Of a DNA stretch of 64,000 bases, positions 45,560 to 53,834 are shown piece by piece. Both the position numbers and the translations under genes were made by a program. Source of the stretch: Eubacteriales bacterium (lineage in GTDB: Bacteria > Bacillota > Clostridia > Oscillospirales > CAG-272); contig JAZRQR010000130.1 of assembly GCA_045650025.1 (NCBI GenBank), positions 1,202-65,201 of the forward strand, given 5' to 3'. The first letter of the stretch is position 1; each line of letters begins with the position of its first letter. The notes below the pieces were generated by a model. It worked only from the letters and a program-made list of their open reading frames with translations, had not been told where the DNA came from and did not search any database.

Positions 45560-46132
45560 TCAGCCCTTGATCTGCTTGAGCTCCTGGTAGAACTGTGCCT
45601 TTGCAGCATCCAGCAGAGGGAGTGCGTACAGATATACCAAACCGCAGGTAATACCCGCCAGCAGATGCCAACCGATAAAGGAAAGATCCAGCAAGAACAG
45701 CTTCCACTTGTAGCCGTCCATCATCTCGCGGCTTTTGGTAATCGCCTGGTCAGCCGTCAGCTCGGGATTGTCCAGCAGAATGTAACGGGTCATTGCATAA
45801 GAGTAAGACTTCACAATGCCGGGAATGATGAACAGTAGCATCCACAGGGCGGTGTACAGCATGGTCAGCAGGGTCGCGCCCCATTTTCTGAGAAAGTTCG
45901 AGAAGGTATCGGTAAACACCGTTTCAAACGGAGCAGAGCCATTGCGCGCCATGGTCAAATAAAAGGATGCAACACCCACGTACAGCACGGGAGTCACCCA
46001 TATACCAAGACCGCCGGTAACGGAATCCACAACACCGGAAATTGCCATAACGACCAGCATAACCAGAATGGAGATGCCCCAGTTGCCTTGCATAGTTGCT
46101 CTTGCCTGCTTCTTTAATACAGAAATCTTCAT
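45560..46132 (-). CDS. DUF975-family integral membrane protein (paralogue)
   Basis: Same architecture and shared C-terminal motifs as 44382-44948 (IIPGIVKSY.Y.MT.YI, LSFIGW). Start at MKISVLKK behind GGAGG. The coordinate is derived from the ORF-track frame (17 codons in from 46183); my hand count of the printed sequence places both the ORF start and this ATG 1 nt higher (46184, 46133). Confidence 0.75.
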   Translation of the reverse strand: MKISVLKKQARATMQGNWGISILVMLVVMAISGVVDSVTGGLGIWVTPVLYVGVASFYLTMARNGSAPFETVFTDTFSNFLRKWGATLLTMLYTALWMLLFIIPGIVKSYSYAMTRYILLDNPELTADQAITKSREMMDGYKWKLFLLDLSFIGWHLLAGITCGLVYLYALPLLDAAKAQFYQELKQIKG

Positions 46133-46338
46133 AATAGCCTCCATAATAAAAAGTTTGAAATCCAGGTGCATCCGCATCTGCACACGTTTACCTTACTTCC
46201 ATAAAAGTATTATAGCATCAAAGAAAGTGTGTGTCAAGTAGAAATTCGTCACTTTTGCGTGCAAAAAGCTCTTGTGTTATGCGGCATTTTGCGTTATAAT
46301 AGAAGCAGAATACACTTTGGCGAAAGGAAGTTTCCACC

Positions 46339-47418
46339 ATGCAACAGACGTACGATTTTTCCCGCGCAAGAGAGATTTTGCAAAACGGTCTGGACAGCGG
46401 CGCATACCCCTGCGTGGCATATGCCATTGGCTGCGGCGAGCAGCTGCTTGACAGCGGCTTTATGGGACAAAAGCAGGTCAATCCCACTCCCCTGCCCCTG
46501 GAGCGCGACACGCTCTTTGACCTTGCCTCGCTTTCCAAGCTGGTCTCCACCACCATGGTGGCACTGCGCATGCTGGAACGCGGCGAGATAGAGCTGACCG
46601 ACACCCTTTCGCGCTATTTTGCCATCCCGGCGGATGCCCCCGCAGGGCGCGGAGACGTCACCATCCGCCATCTGATGCACCACAATTCCGGCATCACGCC
46701 GCACATTCCGCTCTGGACGCAGACCGACGATCCCGCGCAGGCGGTAGAGGTCATTCTGCGCTCCCCTGCTTGGTGCGCCCCCGGCGAGCAGGTGCACTAC
46801 TCCTGCATGGGTTACATTTTGCTGCAAAAGATACTGGAGCAGGTGGGCGGTGCGCCCTTGGACGTGCTTGCTGCGCGCGAGGTATTTGCACCGCTTGGTA
46901 TGACGCATACCTGCTACAATCCTGAGACTGAGAACGTGGCGACCACCGAGCTTTCCGCGCTGCACGGCGAATACCTTTGCGGTCGCGTGCACGATGAAAA
47001 CGCCTCCTTCCTTGGCGGCGTGGCGGGCAACGCAGGCGTGTTCTCCCCGTTGGACGATATGATCAAATTTGCCTCCATGATCGCCTCGGGCGGCAAGTGC
47101 GAGAGCGGCACCTTCCTCAACTCCCGCACCTTTGAAAAGGCAATTTACAACGCCACTCCCGGCAAAAACGAGAGCCGCGGACTTGGCTTCCAGCTCACGC
47201 CCATGTTCTCCTCGCTGACCGGTGCGTTTTTCTCCGAGGGCAGCTACGGTCACACCGGCTTTACCGGCACCTCGCTTTACGTAGACCGCGAAAGCCGCCT
47301 GTGGGGTATGCTGCTGACCAACGCCGTGCATTTCGGACGCAATAAAACCGAGCTGTTCCGCACGCGCAGATTGTTCTTCAACAGCTTCGCAGATGCGTAT
47401 TTTAGAGTGAATACCTAA
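46339..47418 (+). CDS. Beta-lactamase-family serine hydrolase
   Basis: SxxK motif (ASLSKLV). 359 aa, class-C/esterase-like. Confidence 0.85.
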   Translation: MQQTYDFSRAREILQNGLDSGAYPCVAYAIGCGEQLLDSGFMGQKQVNPTPLPLERDTLFDLASLSKLVSTTMVALRMLERGEIELTDTLSRYFAIPADAPAGRGDVTIRHLMHHNSGITPHIPLWTQTDDPAQAVEVILRSPAWCAPGEQVHYSCMGYILLQKILEQVGGAPLDVLAAREVFAPLGMTHTCYNPETENVATTELSALHGEYLCGRVHDENASFLGGVAGNAGVFSPLDDMIKFASMIASGGKCESGTFLNSRTFEKAIYNATPGKNESRGLGFQLTPMFSSLTGAFFSEGSYGHTGFTGTSLYVDRESRLWGMLLTNAVHFGRNKTELFRTRRLFFNSFADAYFRVNT

Positions 47419-47441
47419 GAAAACTCTACCAAGGAGTAAAA

Positions 47442-47804
47442 ATGTCTCTTCCTTACAACAAAGACAACATAAAGCTCGCACGTAATTTGCGTAATAACTC
47501 CACGCGTCATGAAAATCGATTGTGGTTCGATTTTTTGTCAAAATATCCGATACGATTTCAAAGGCAAAAGGCTATTGACAATTATATTGCAGATTTTTAT
47601 TGTCACAAAGCCAAGCTGGTGATCGAATTAGACGGCATGCAGCACAGTTCCGAAGATGCAATGAAACGGGACGAGTACCGAACAGAAGTTCTTAGCGAAT
47701 ATGGATTGGCAGTCATTCGAATTACGAACAAGCAAATAGACAGCAATTTTTGCGAAATCTGCAATCACATAGATCAAATCGTAACAGAACGTATGAAATT
47801 GTAA
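47442..47804 (+). CDS. DUF559 (Vsr-like) endonuclease-domain protein
   Basis: LRNNSTRHENRLW...RFQRQ...YIADFYC...LVIELDG..H is the DUF559 pattern. AAGGAG RBS. Visibly AT-richer than its neighbours. Confidence 0.85.
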   Translation: MSLPYNKDNIKLARNLRNNSTRHENRLWFDFLSKYPIRFQRQKAIDNYIADFYCHKAKLVIELDGMQHSSEDAMKRDEYRTEVLSEYGLAVIRITNKQIDSNFCEICNHIDQIVTERMKL

Positions 47805-47816
47805 GATATGGAGATC

Positions 47817-48124
47817 GTTGGGATATTACTCGAGCAAACCGTTTGTATTCGCGCTCTCCCCCCCTGCGCTTGGAACAAGCCTGCGCCGGCTGTCCCCCCT
47901 CCCGGAGGGGGGCTATATAAGCCGTCTTTCCCGTTTTTTGACTTCACCGTTTGGATTTCAGTATGCCATTCGGTATAACTACCTCAAGTTACCGTTATTG
48001 GTCAAGTTTGAATTTTGGAGAGTAGGATGCCACTCTCATAGCCCCCCCCCGGGAGGGGGGTGGAAAATATCCCGCAGGGCATATTCAAGGGGGGAGAACG
48101 CGAGACAAAACGGTTTCTGCGCGT
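47817..48124. repeat. 308-bp palindromic element, copy 1 (MITE-like or structured RNA)
   Basis: Near-identical to 48145-48452 (328-bp period). About 32-bp imperfect terminal inverted repeats (GCAAACCGTTTGTATTCGCGCTCTCCCCCC vs GGGGGGAGAACGCGAGACAAAACGGTTTCTGC). Two internal C/G palindromes (CCCCCCTCCCGGAGGGGGG; CCCCCCCCCCGGGAGGGGGG) flank an AT-rich core. Confidence 0.85.
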
Positions 48125-48144
48125 TTTGCATCTTAATCTCCTGC

Positions 48145-48452
48145 GTTGGGATATTACTCGAGCAAACCGTTTGCATTCGCGCTCTCCCCCCTGCGCTTGG
48201 AACAAGCCTGCGCCGGCTGTCCCCCCTCCCGGAGGGGGGGCTATATAAGTCGTCTTTCCCGTTTTTTGACTTCACCGTTTGGATTTCAGTATGCCATTCG
48301 GTATAACTACCTCAAGTTACCGTTATTGGTCAAGTTTGAATTTTGGAGAGTAGGATGCCACTCTCATAGCCCCCCTCCGGGAGGGGGGTGGAAAATATCC
48401 CGCAGGGTATATTCAAGGGGGGAGAACGCGAGACAAAACGGTTTCTGCGCGT
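48145..48452. repeat. 308-bp palindromic element, copy 2
   Basis: Second tandem copy. It differs from copy 1 by a few substitutions and by the lengths of the C/G homopolymer tracts. Confidence 0.85.
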
Positions 48453-48559
48453 AATATTTTCTCATTTATGCAACACAGAAAGAATATTAACAAAATCCAC
48501 TTGCATACAACAGGCATACCGTGCTATAATCAATCGTAGAAAAACATTTGGAGGTACAT

Positions 48560-49260
48560 ATGGAACAGATCTATACCATACCCGTGAACGAAGCGTTTGA
48601 AGCCTCGGCTGCCGATCATGCATTGGGCTGCCCCTTTTGCGCCATCTACAATAAACTGGAGGAAAATGAGCTGGATCTGATCCTGGGCGCTTCCATGATG
48701 GAGCCCGACATCCGCATCCGCACCAACGAGCAGGGTTTTTGCCGCACGCATTACGACATGATGTTCGTGCGCAAGAATCGCCTGGGCATGGCGCTGACGC
48801 TGGAGAGCCACCTGGACGAGCTGCGCCGCGAGATCAAGGGCAATGCCGCCAAGAGCGCCAAGCGCATTGACAAGCTGGAGCACTCCTGCTACGTTTGCGA
48901 CCGCATTGCGTTCACTTTGAGCACATGGTGGGCACGGCGGTGCTGCTTTGGAACTCGGATGAGGATTTCCCCGCCAAGCTCAAGGCCCAGCCCTACTTCT
49001 GTCTGCCGCACTATAAAAAGCTGCTGCAGTACGGTCAGGGTCGCCTGCCCAAGAAAAAGATCAACGCCTTTATCGACGATTGCGAGGCGGTGGAGCTGAC
49101 CTACTTTGACGAGCTGCGCGAGGACGTGAGCTGGTTCTGCAAGAAATTTGACTACCGCTATGACAACGAGCCCTGGTACAATTCCAAGGACGCCGTGGAG
49201 CGCGCCTTTAAATTCCTGCGCTCGGATCTGCATAAGGGTGACAAGCCCAAGAAACAATAA
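48560..49260 (+). pseudogene. Frameshifted Cys-rich conserved hypothetical gene (CxxC / FCxxHY pairs)
   Basis: Track ORFs 48548-49099 and 48895-49260 are two halves of one protein (MEQIYTIPVNEAF...CPFC...FCRTHY...CYVCDRIA | HFEHMVG...FCLPHY...KKFDYRYDNEPW). The frame changes near 48905-48912, consistent with one missing nt. GGAGGT RBS precedes ATG 48560. Confidence 0.6.
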
Positions 49261-49274
49261 GGAGTATTCCATAC

Positions 49275-49829
49275 ATGATCGATCTGCTTTCGCTGCACAA
49301 GCTTTTTATCGGAAATCACATCAAAGAGGGTGACACCGTGGTAGACTTTACCATGGGCAACGGTCACGACACCGCGTTTCTTTCCAAGGCGGTGGGTCCC
49401 GAAGGACACGTATACGCATTTGACATTCAGGCACAGGCGGTGGAATCCACCCGCAAAAACCTTGCAGAGCAGGGCTGCCCTGAAAACTACACCTTAATTC
49501 ACGATTCGCACCACAAGGTCAAGGACTACGTCAAGACCCCCTTCCGCGTGGGCATGTTCAACTTGGGCTGGCTGCCGGGCGGTGACAAATCCATTACCAC
49601 CATGCGCGAGACCACCCTGCCCGCCATTCGCGACGCCATTGAGCTGCTCGACCGCGACGGCATTCTCAACATTGCCATCTATCCCGGTCACAAGGAGGGC
49701 GACGAGGAGGGCAAAATGGTTTGCGAATACTTAGCCTCCCTCTCCCGCTTCAAGGTCTGCGTCACCCGCGTGCAGATCATCAATTCCCCCACCTCGCCCT
49801 ATTTTCTGATGGTGGAGACCAAGCCGTAA
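49275..49829 (+). CDS. mnmM: YtqB/MnmM-type SAM-dependent methyltransferase
   Basis: Strong resemblance to B. subtilis YtqB as I recall it: DFTMGNGHDTAFLSKAVGPEGHVYAFDIQ and FNLGWLPGGDKSITT. Confidence 0.8.
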   Translation: MIDLLSLHKLFIGNHIKEGDTVVDFTMGNGHDTAFLSKAVGPEGHVYAFDIQAQAVESTRKNLAEQGCPENYTLIHDSHHKVKDYVKTPFRVGMFNLGWLPGGDKSITTMRETTLPAIRDAIELLDRDGILNIAIYPGHKEGDEEGKMVCEYLASLSRFKVCVTRVQIINSPTSPYFLMVETKP

Positions 49830-50545
49830 TGAGGTATTGTATGCATTTGATGAAAACCATTCTGCTGCCCCTGTGCCTGCTTTGCTGCATCACCCTGACC
49901 GCAGGCGGCTGCCGTGACGACCAGAGCAACGACTATATCAACACCGAAAATCCCGAATACCTCGTGCTGCTCAACAAAACGCATCCCTCCGGCTCTGCCT
50001 ATTGCCCGCCCGACCTGACCAAGGTGGACGGCAATCTGACGCTTTACGGCAAGGAGATCGAGCTGCGCCTGTACGCCGCCAAGGCTGCCGAAGCCATGGT
50101 CAAGGAAATGCACGCGCAAGGATATACCGATATTATGATCACCAGCGGCTACCGCTCCTATGCTTACCAGCAATCGCTGTTCAACACCTATCTGGAGCAG
50201 GAAAAGGCAGCACACCCGACCTGGAGCGAGCAGCAGGTGCGCGACCTGGTACTGACCTACTCGGCTGCCCCCGGCACCAGCGAGCACCACACCGGCAACG
50301 CCATTGACCTAATCAGCACCAATCACGTCTCGCTGGACGAGACCTTTGCGCAAAACCCCGCTTACGAGTGGCTGCAGCAAAACGCGCACCGTTACGGCTT
50401 TATTTTGCGCTACCCCGCCGACAAGACCGACATCACGGGCTATTCCTACGAGCCCTGGCACTACCGTTTTGTGGGTCAGCAGGCTGCAACTGAGATTCAC
50501 AAGCGCGGCATTACGCTGGAAGAATATCTCGGCATCTTAAACTAA
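49829..50545 (+). CDS. VanY/M15B-family D-alanyl-D-alanine carboxypeptidase (probable lipoprotein)
   Basis: SGYRSYAYQ, SEHHTG.AID and EPWHYR zinc-peptidase motifs. Signal peptide ends ...LTAGGC. Start is ambiguous (49829 TAATG overlap, 49841 or 49850). Confidence 0.85.
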   Translation: MRYCMHLMKTILLPLCLLCCITLTAGGCRDDQSNDYINTENPEYLVLLNKTHPSGSAYCPPDLTKVDGNLTLYGKEIELRLYAAKAAEAMVKEMHAQGYTDIMITSGYRSYAYQQSLFNTYLEQEKAAHPTWSEQQVRDLVLTYSAAPGTSEHHTGNAIDLISTNHVSLDETFAQNPAYEWLQQNAHRYGFILRYPADKTDITGYSYEPWHYRFVGQQAATEIHKRGITLEEYLGILN

Positions 50546-50556
50546 GGAGCAATGAC

Positions 50557-51564
50557 ATGAACGTAGAACAGCTTTTAGCAAGTATGACTTTAGAGCAAAA
50601 GGTTGGCCAGATGTTTGTGGTGCGCCGCCCGCAGGACGATGCAACCGCTATGCAGGTGGTAACCGACTATCACATCGGCGGCTTTACTCTGTACGCCGTT
50701 GATTTTGCAAACCGCACCCCCGAGGACGTGCGTGCACTGCTGGCTTCCTATCAGGCAGCCTCCCCCATTCCCATGCTGATCGCAGCAGACTGCGAGGGCG
50801 GCGGCGTGGTTCGCGCCTCCAAATACCCCGCATTCCGCTCCACTCCCTTCCCCTCTCCCCGCGAGCTGATGGCTGCGGGCGGTCCCGAGGCAGCTTATGC
50901 GGATGCTTGCGAAAAATCCGATTTCCTGCTGGATCTGGGCGTCAACTTCAACTACGCGCCGGTCTGCGATATGTCGGGCAATCCCGAGTGCTTTATTTAT
51001 AAGCGCACCGCTTCGCACGATCCCATGGAAACTGCCGCTTACATTACAGCTGTTGTCAAGGGCATGGAGGAGCACTCCATGATCGGCAGCCTCAAGCACT
51101 TCCCCGGATATGGCGACAACGTGGACACCCATACCTCGATCGCACGCGACGACCGCGACCTGGAGACCTTTATGACGCGCGATCTGGAGCCCTTCCGCGC
51201 CGGCATTGCCGCAGGCGCCCCCATCGTTATGGTCGCACACAACATCGTCTCCTGCATGGACGCCGAGATCCCCGCATCGCTCTCCCCTGCCGTACATAAG
51301 CTGCTGCGCGAGGAAATGGGCTTTGACGGCTTGATCATGACCGACTCCTTGGACATGAACGCCATTACTCTCTACACAGGTGACCGCGCAAGTGCGGTGC
51401 AGGCGGTGCTTTCGGGCAACGATCTGCTTTGCTGCACCTCCTACTGGCACCAATATCCCGCCGTGCTGGATGCTGTGTGCGACGGCACCATTCCCGAGAG
51501 TATGATCGACAACGCCGTGCGCCGCATTTTGACGCTTAAATCCAAATATTTGCAGAAAGCATAA
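50557..51564 (+). CDS. Glycoside hydrolase family 3 N-terminal-domain protein (NagZ-like beta-N-acetylhexosaminidase)
   Basis: KVGQMF, DCEGG and KHFPGYG motifs. 335 aa, single-domain GH3. Confidence 0.85.
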   Translation: MNVEQLLASMTLEQKVGQMFVVRRPQDDATAMQVVTDYHIGGFTLYAVDFANRTPEDVRALLASYQAASPIPMLIAADCEGGGVVRASKYPAFRSTPFPSPRELMAAGGPEAAYADACEKSDFLLDLGVNFNYAPVCDMSGNPECFIYKRTASHDPMETAAYITAVVKGMEEHSMIGSLKHFPGYGDNVDTHTSIARDDRDLETFMTRDLEPFRAGIAAGAPIVMVAHNIVSCMDAEIPASLSPAVHKLLREEMGFDGLIMTDSLDMNAITLYTGDRASAVQAVLSGNDLLCCTSYWHQYPAVLDAVCDGTIPESMIDNAVRRILTLKSKYLQKA

Positions 51565-51578
51565 TGCTTGACAAAACC

Positions 51579-51613
51579 AAAAGAACCTCTTGCCATGGCA
51601 AGAGGTTCTTTTT
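51579..51613. terminator. Bidirectional intrinsic terminator
   Basis: AAAA-GAACCTCTTGCC/GGCAAGAGGTTC-TTTTT between convergent genes. Confidence 0.8.
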
Positions 51614-51617
51614 CCTG

Positions 51618-52121
51618 TTAAGCAATTTCCATATAAGGCAAGAGATACGGCTCGATCTCGGAAAAGGGCTTATCCAGCACCAGCGCAAGCTCGTGGTAGA
51701 GCGAGAGCTTGGCGTTGCGCTCAAAATCCGAGTCGGTCTCCGAAAGGCGCTTGTGTGCCGCCAGCATATCGGCGCGGCGACGGCGCACGGTCTTGATCAG
51801 GCGCACGTACTCGGCAGGCTCACAGGTCTGCATGGTCTGCCTGTAAATATCGCGGCGCATGCGCTCCACGGGCACCTCCAGCGGCAAAAGATCGGGCATG
51901 CATGCGATCAGCTCCTCGGCTTGCGCGCGCGTCATCAAGGGGCGCATGGCAACCTGCACGTTATCCGTGGGCGTATAGATCACCGAGCCCGCAGCCAAGG
52001 CAAGTGGGCGAAGCATATAAAACGTACGCGTATCCTTTTTATCAAACGGCGAAGCGCAAATATCCTGAACCTGGCACACGCCGTTGATGCCGTAAATCAT
52101 ATAGTCACCTACCGAGAACAT
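51618..52121 (-). CDS. CarD/CdnL-family transcriptional regulator
   Basis: N-terminal Tudor-like FSVGDYMIYGINGVCQV and a helical C-terminal domain. 167 aa. Confidence 0.8.
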   Translation of the reverse strand: MFSVGDYMIYGINGVCQVQDICASPFDKKDTRTFYMLRPLALAAGSVIYTPTDNVQVAMRPLMTRAQAEELIACMPDLLPLEVPVERMRRDIYRQTMQTCEPAEYVRLIKTVRRRRADMLAAHKRLSETDSDFERNAKLSLYHELALVLDKPFSEIEPYLLPYMEIA

Positions 52122-52252
52122 GGAAAAGCCTCCTTATGAATGTCAGTTTTGCAGGGGCACTTTAGCACGCTACTGTCATTATACCACATTCTCGAAAATT
52201 TTGTAATAGGCAAATTGAACGAATTTTCCGTCAAAATCCAAATAGGATGAAC

Positions 52253-52281
52253 AAAACCCCGCGAAATTCGCGGGGTTTTTT
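52253..52281. terminator. Hairpin terminator downstream of the antiporter gene
   Basis: AAAA-CCCCGCGAA/TTCGCGGGG-TTTTTT. Confidence 0.75.
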
Positions 52282-52295
52282 CATATTGCGTATAC

Positions 52296-53666
52296 TTACG
52301 CCTGCTTGTGGTGCTTGTGACCCTCGTTGTGACGGCGTGCGGTCTTGCCCTCAGGCTTGGCGGTAATGTCGCCTGCCTTGACCAGCGCCCACTTGGTCAT
52401 CATAGGACCGAACACCTCATAGATCAGTACGGCAAACAGCACGACAAAGCGCACGGTGTTTGCAACCGTATCGTGTGCGGCGAACAGGGGGTCTGCGCAT
52501 ACCATGGACATCATGCCCAGCGCAACGCCTGCCTGAGGCAGCAGCGTAATGCCCAGATACTTCTGAATGTTGGGCTCGCTGCGCGTGAGCATCGAGCTGC
52601 TACGTGCGCCGAAATACTTACCCAGCGAGCGGAACAGGATGTATACAAGACCGATTGCAATGAATACGGGCTTGCCGAAGATGGACAGGTCCAGCTCAGC
52701 GCCGCTGATGACAAAGAACAGAATGAAGATGGGCTTGGTCCACTTATCGGTTCTCTCCATCATTTCCTCGGAGCAGGGGCTGAAGTTACAGAAGATGGTA
52801 CCCATCATCATGCAGGTCAGAAGCGAGGAGAAGCCGATATGTACGCCGCCTACCTCAAACTTGAGCATAGCCGCTGCAACCGTGACAAACACGAATGCGA
52901 TGGACAAAGACAGACGGTTGGAGTTGGAGTGGAACAGGTTCTCGGCAAAGGTGAGTGCAAAACCGATCACAGCACCCAGCACCAGCGAGAGCACGATCTC
53001 CAGCATGGGCTCTACCACGATAGAAGCCACCGAAATGCCGTTGCCGCTGAGCAGCGCCTTTGCAATACCTGCGGAAACAGCGAACAGAACAAGACCTACC
53101 GCATCGTCCAGCGCAACGATGGGCAGCAGAATGCTGGTCAGCGCACCTTTTGCCTTATACTGACGAACGACCATCAGCGTTGCGGCAGGCGCGGTTGCCG
53201 ATGCAATAGCACCCAGCAGAATTGCAGCGGGCAGAGGCAGGATATCCTGACCCGTGACGTTGAGCAGCACGAAGTGCATGCCGATCAGCGCAGCATCTAC
53301 GAGCAGCGTTGCGATCACAGCCTGCAGAATACCGATCACGGTTGCTTCCTTACCGGTCTTCTTAAGCGAGGACCAGCGGAACTCGCTACCGATGGCAAAT
53401 GCGATAAAGCCAAGTGCCAGGCTACAGATCACGTCCAATACAACCTTGAGCGTCTCATGCTCAAATGCGTGTTCATTATAACCCAGATAGTATCCGCCCA
53501 GCGAAACGCCGCCCAGGCAGAAAGTGCCAACCAGCACGCCCGCGATCAGATATGCGGTAACGTCAGGCAGGTTGAGCAGGCGCACCAGTCTTGTTACAAG
53601 CAAGCCGGTGATCATGCAAATGGAAACCGTGAGAATGATCTGTGTGATCAGTTGTTCGGTCGACAT
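52296..53666 (-). CDS. Cation:proton antiporter (CPA2/Na+-H+ exchanger family)
   Basis: 456 aa, about 12 TM segments, N-terminal ...LPDVTAYLIAGVLVG typical of the Na_H_Exchanger family. Confidence 0.85.
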   Translation of the reverse strand: MSTEQLITQIILTVSICMITGLLVTRLVRLLNLPDVTAYLIAGVLVGTFCLGGVSLGGYYLGYNEHAFEHETLKVVLDVICSLALGFIAFAIGSEFRWSSLKKTGKEATVIGILQAVIATLLVDAALIGMHFVLLNVTGQDILPLPAAILLGAIASATAPAATLMVVRQYKAKGALTSILLPIVALDDAVGLVLFAVSAGIAKALLSGNGISVASIVVEPMLEIVLSLVLGAVIGFALTFAENLFHSNSNRLSLSIAFVFVTVAAAMLKFEVGGVHIGFSSLLTCMMMGTIFCNFSPCSEEMMERTDKWTKPIFILFFVISGAELDLSIFGKPVFIAIGLVYILFRSLGKYFGARSSSMLTRSEPNIQKYLGITLLPQAGVALGMMSMVCADPLFAAHDTVANTVRFVVLFAVLIYEVFGPMMTKWALVKAGDITAKPEGKTARRHNEGHKHHKQA

Positions 53667-53747
53667 ATACTTTTCTCCTTATGTATCATATATAAAATCA
53701 CAAAAAATGCGGTGCATTCCGATCACGCCGCACCTCGTTTTGCAAAG

Positions 53748-53780
53748 GATAAGGCGGTGCGCCGTTCGCACCGCCTTATC
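53748..53780 (-). terminator. Hairpin downstream of fbp (weak U-tract)
   Basis: GATAAGGCGGTGCG/CGCACCGCCTTATC 14-bp stem. Confidence 0.45.
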
Positions 53781-53834
53781 ATAGCACTATTCACAAAAAT
53801 TGTCAACACCTTTTGGGCAAAAAGTTCAAAAAAT

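Noticed and set aside
47818-48454. Track ORFs 47818-48306, 48146-48454, 48036-48275 and others inside the tandem elements
   Set aside because: The same peptides are generated by both repeat copies and by the palindromes (PPPGGG, PLPEGG). They have no RBS. I treat them as non-coding repeat DNA.
48895-48915. Programmed ribosomal frameshift in the Cys-rich gene
   Set aside because: There is no slippery heptamer, homopolymer or obvious downstream stimulatory structure at the frame change. An indel (pseudogene or sequencing error) is the simpler explanation.
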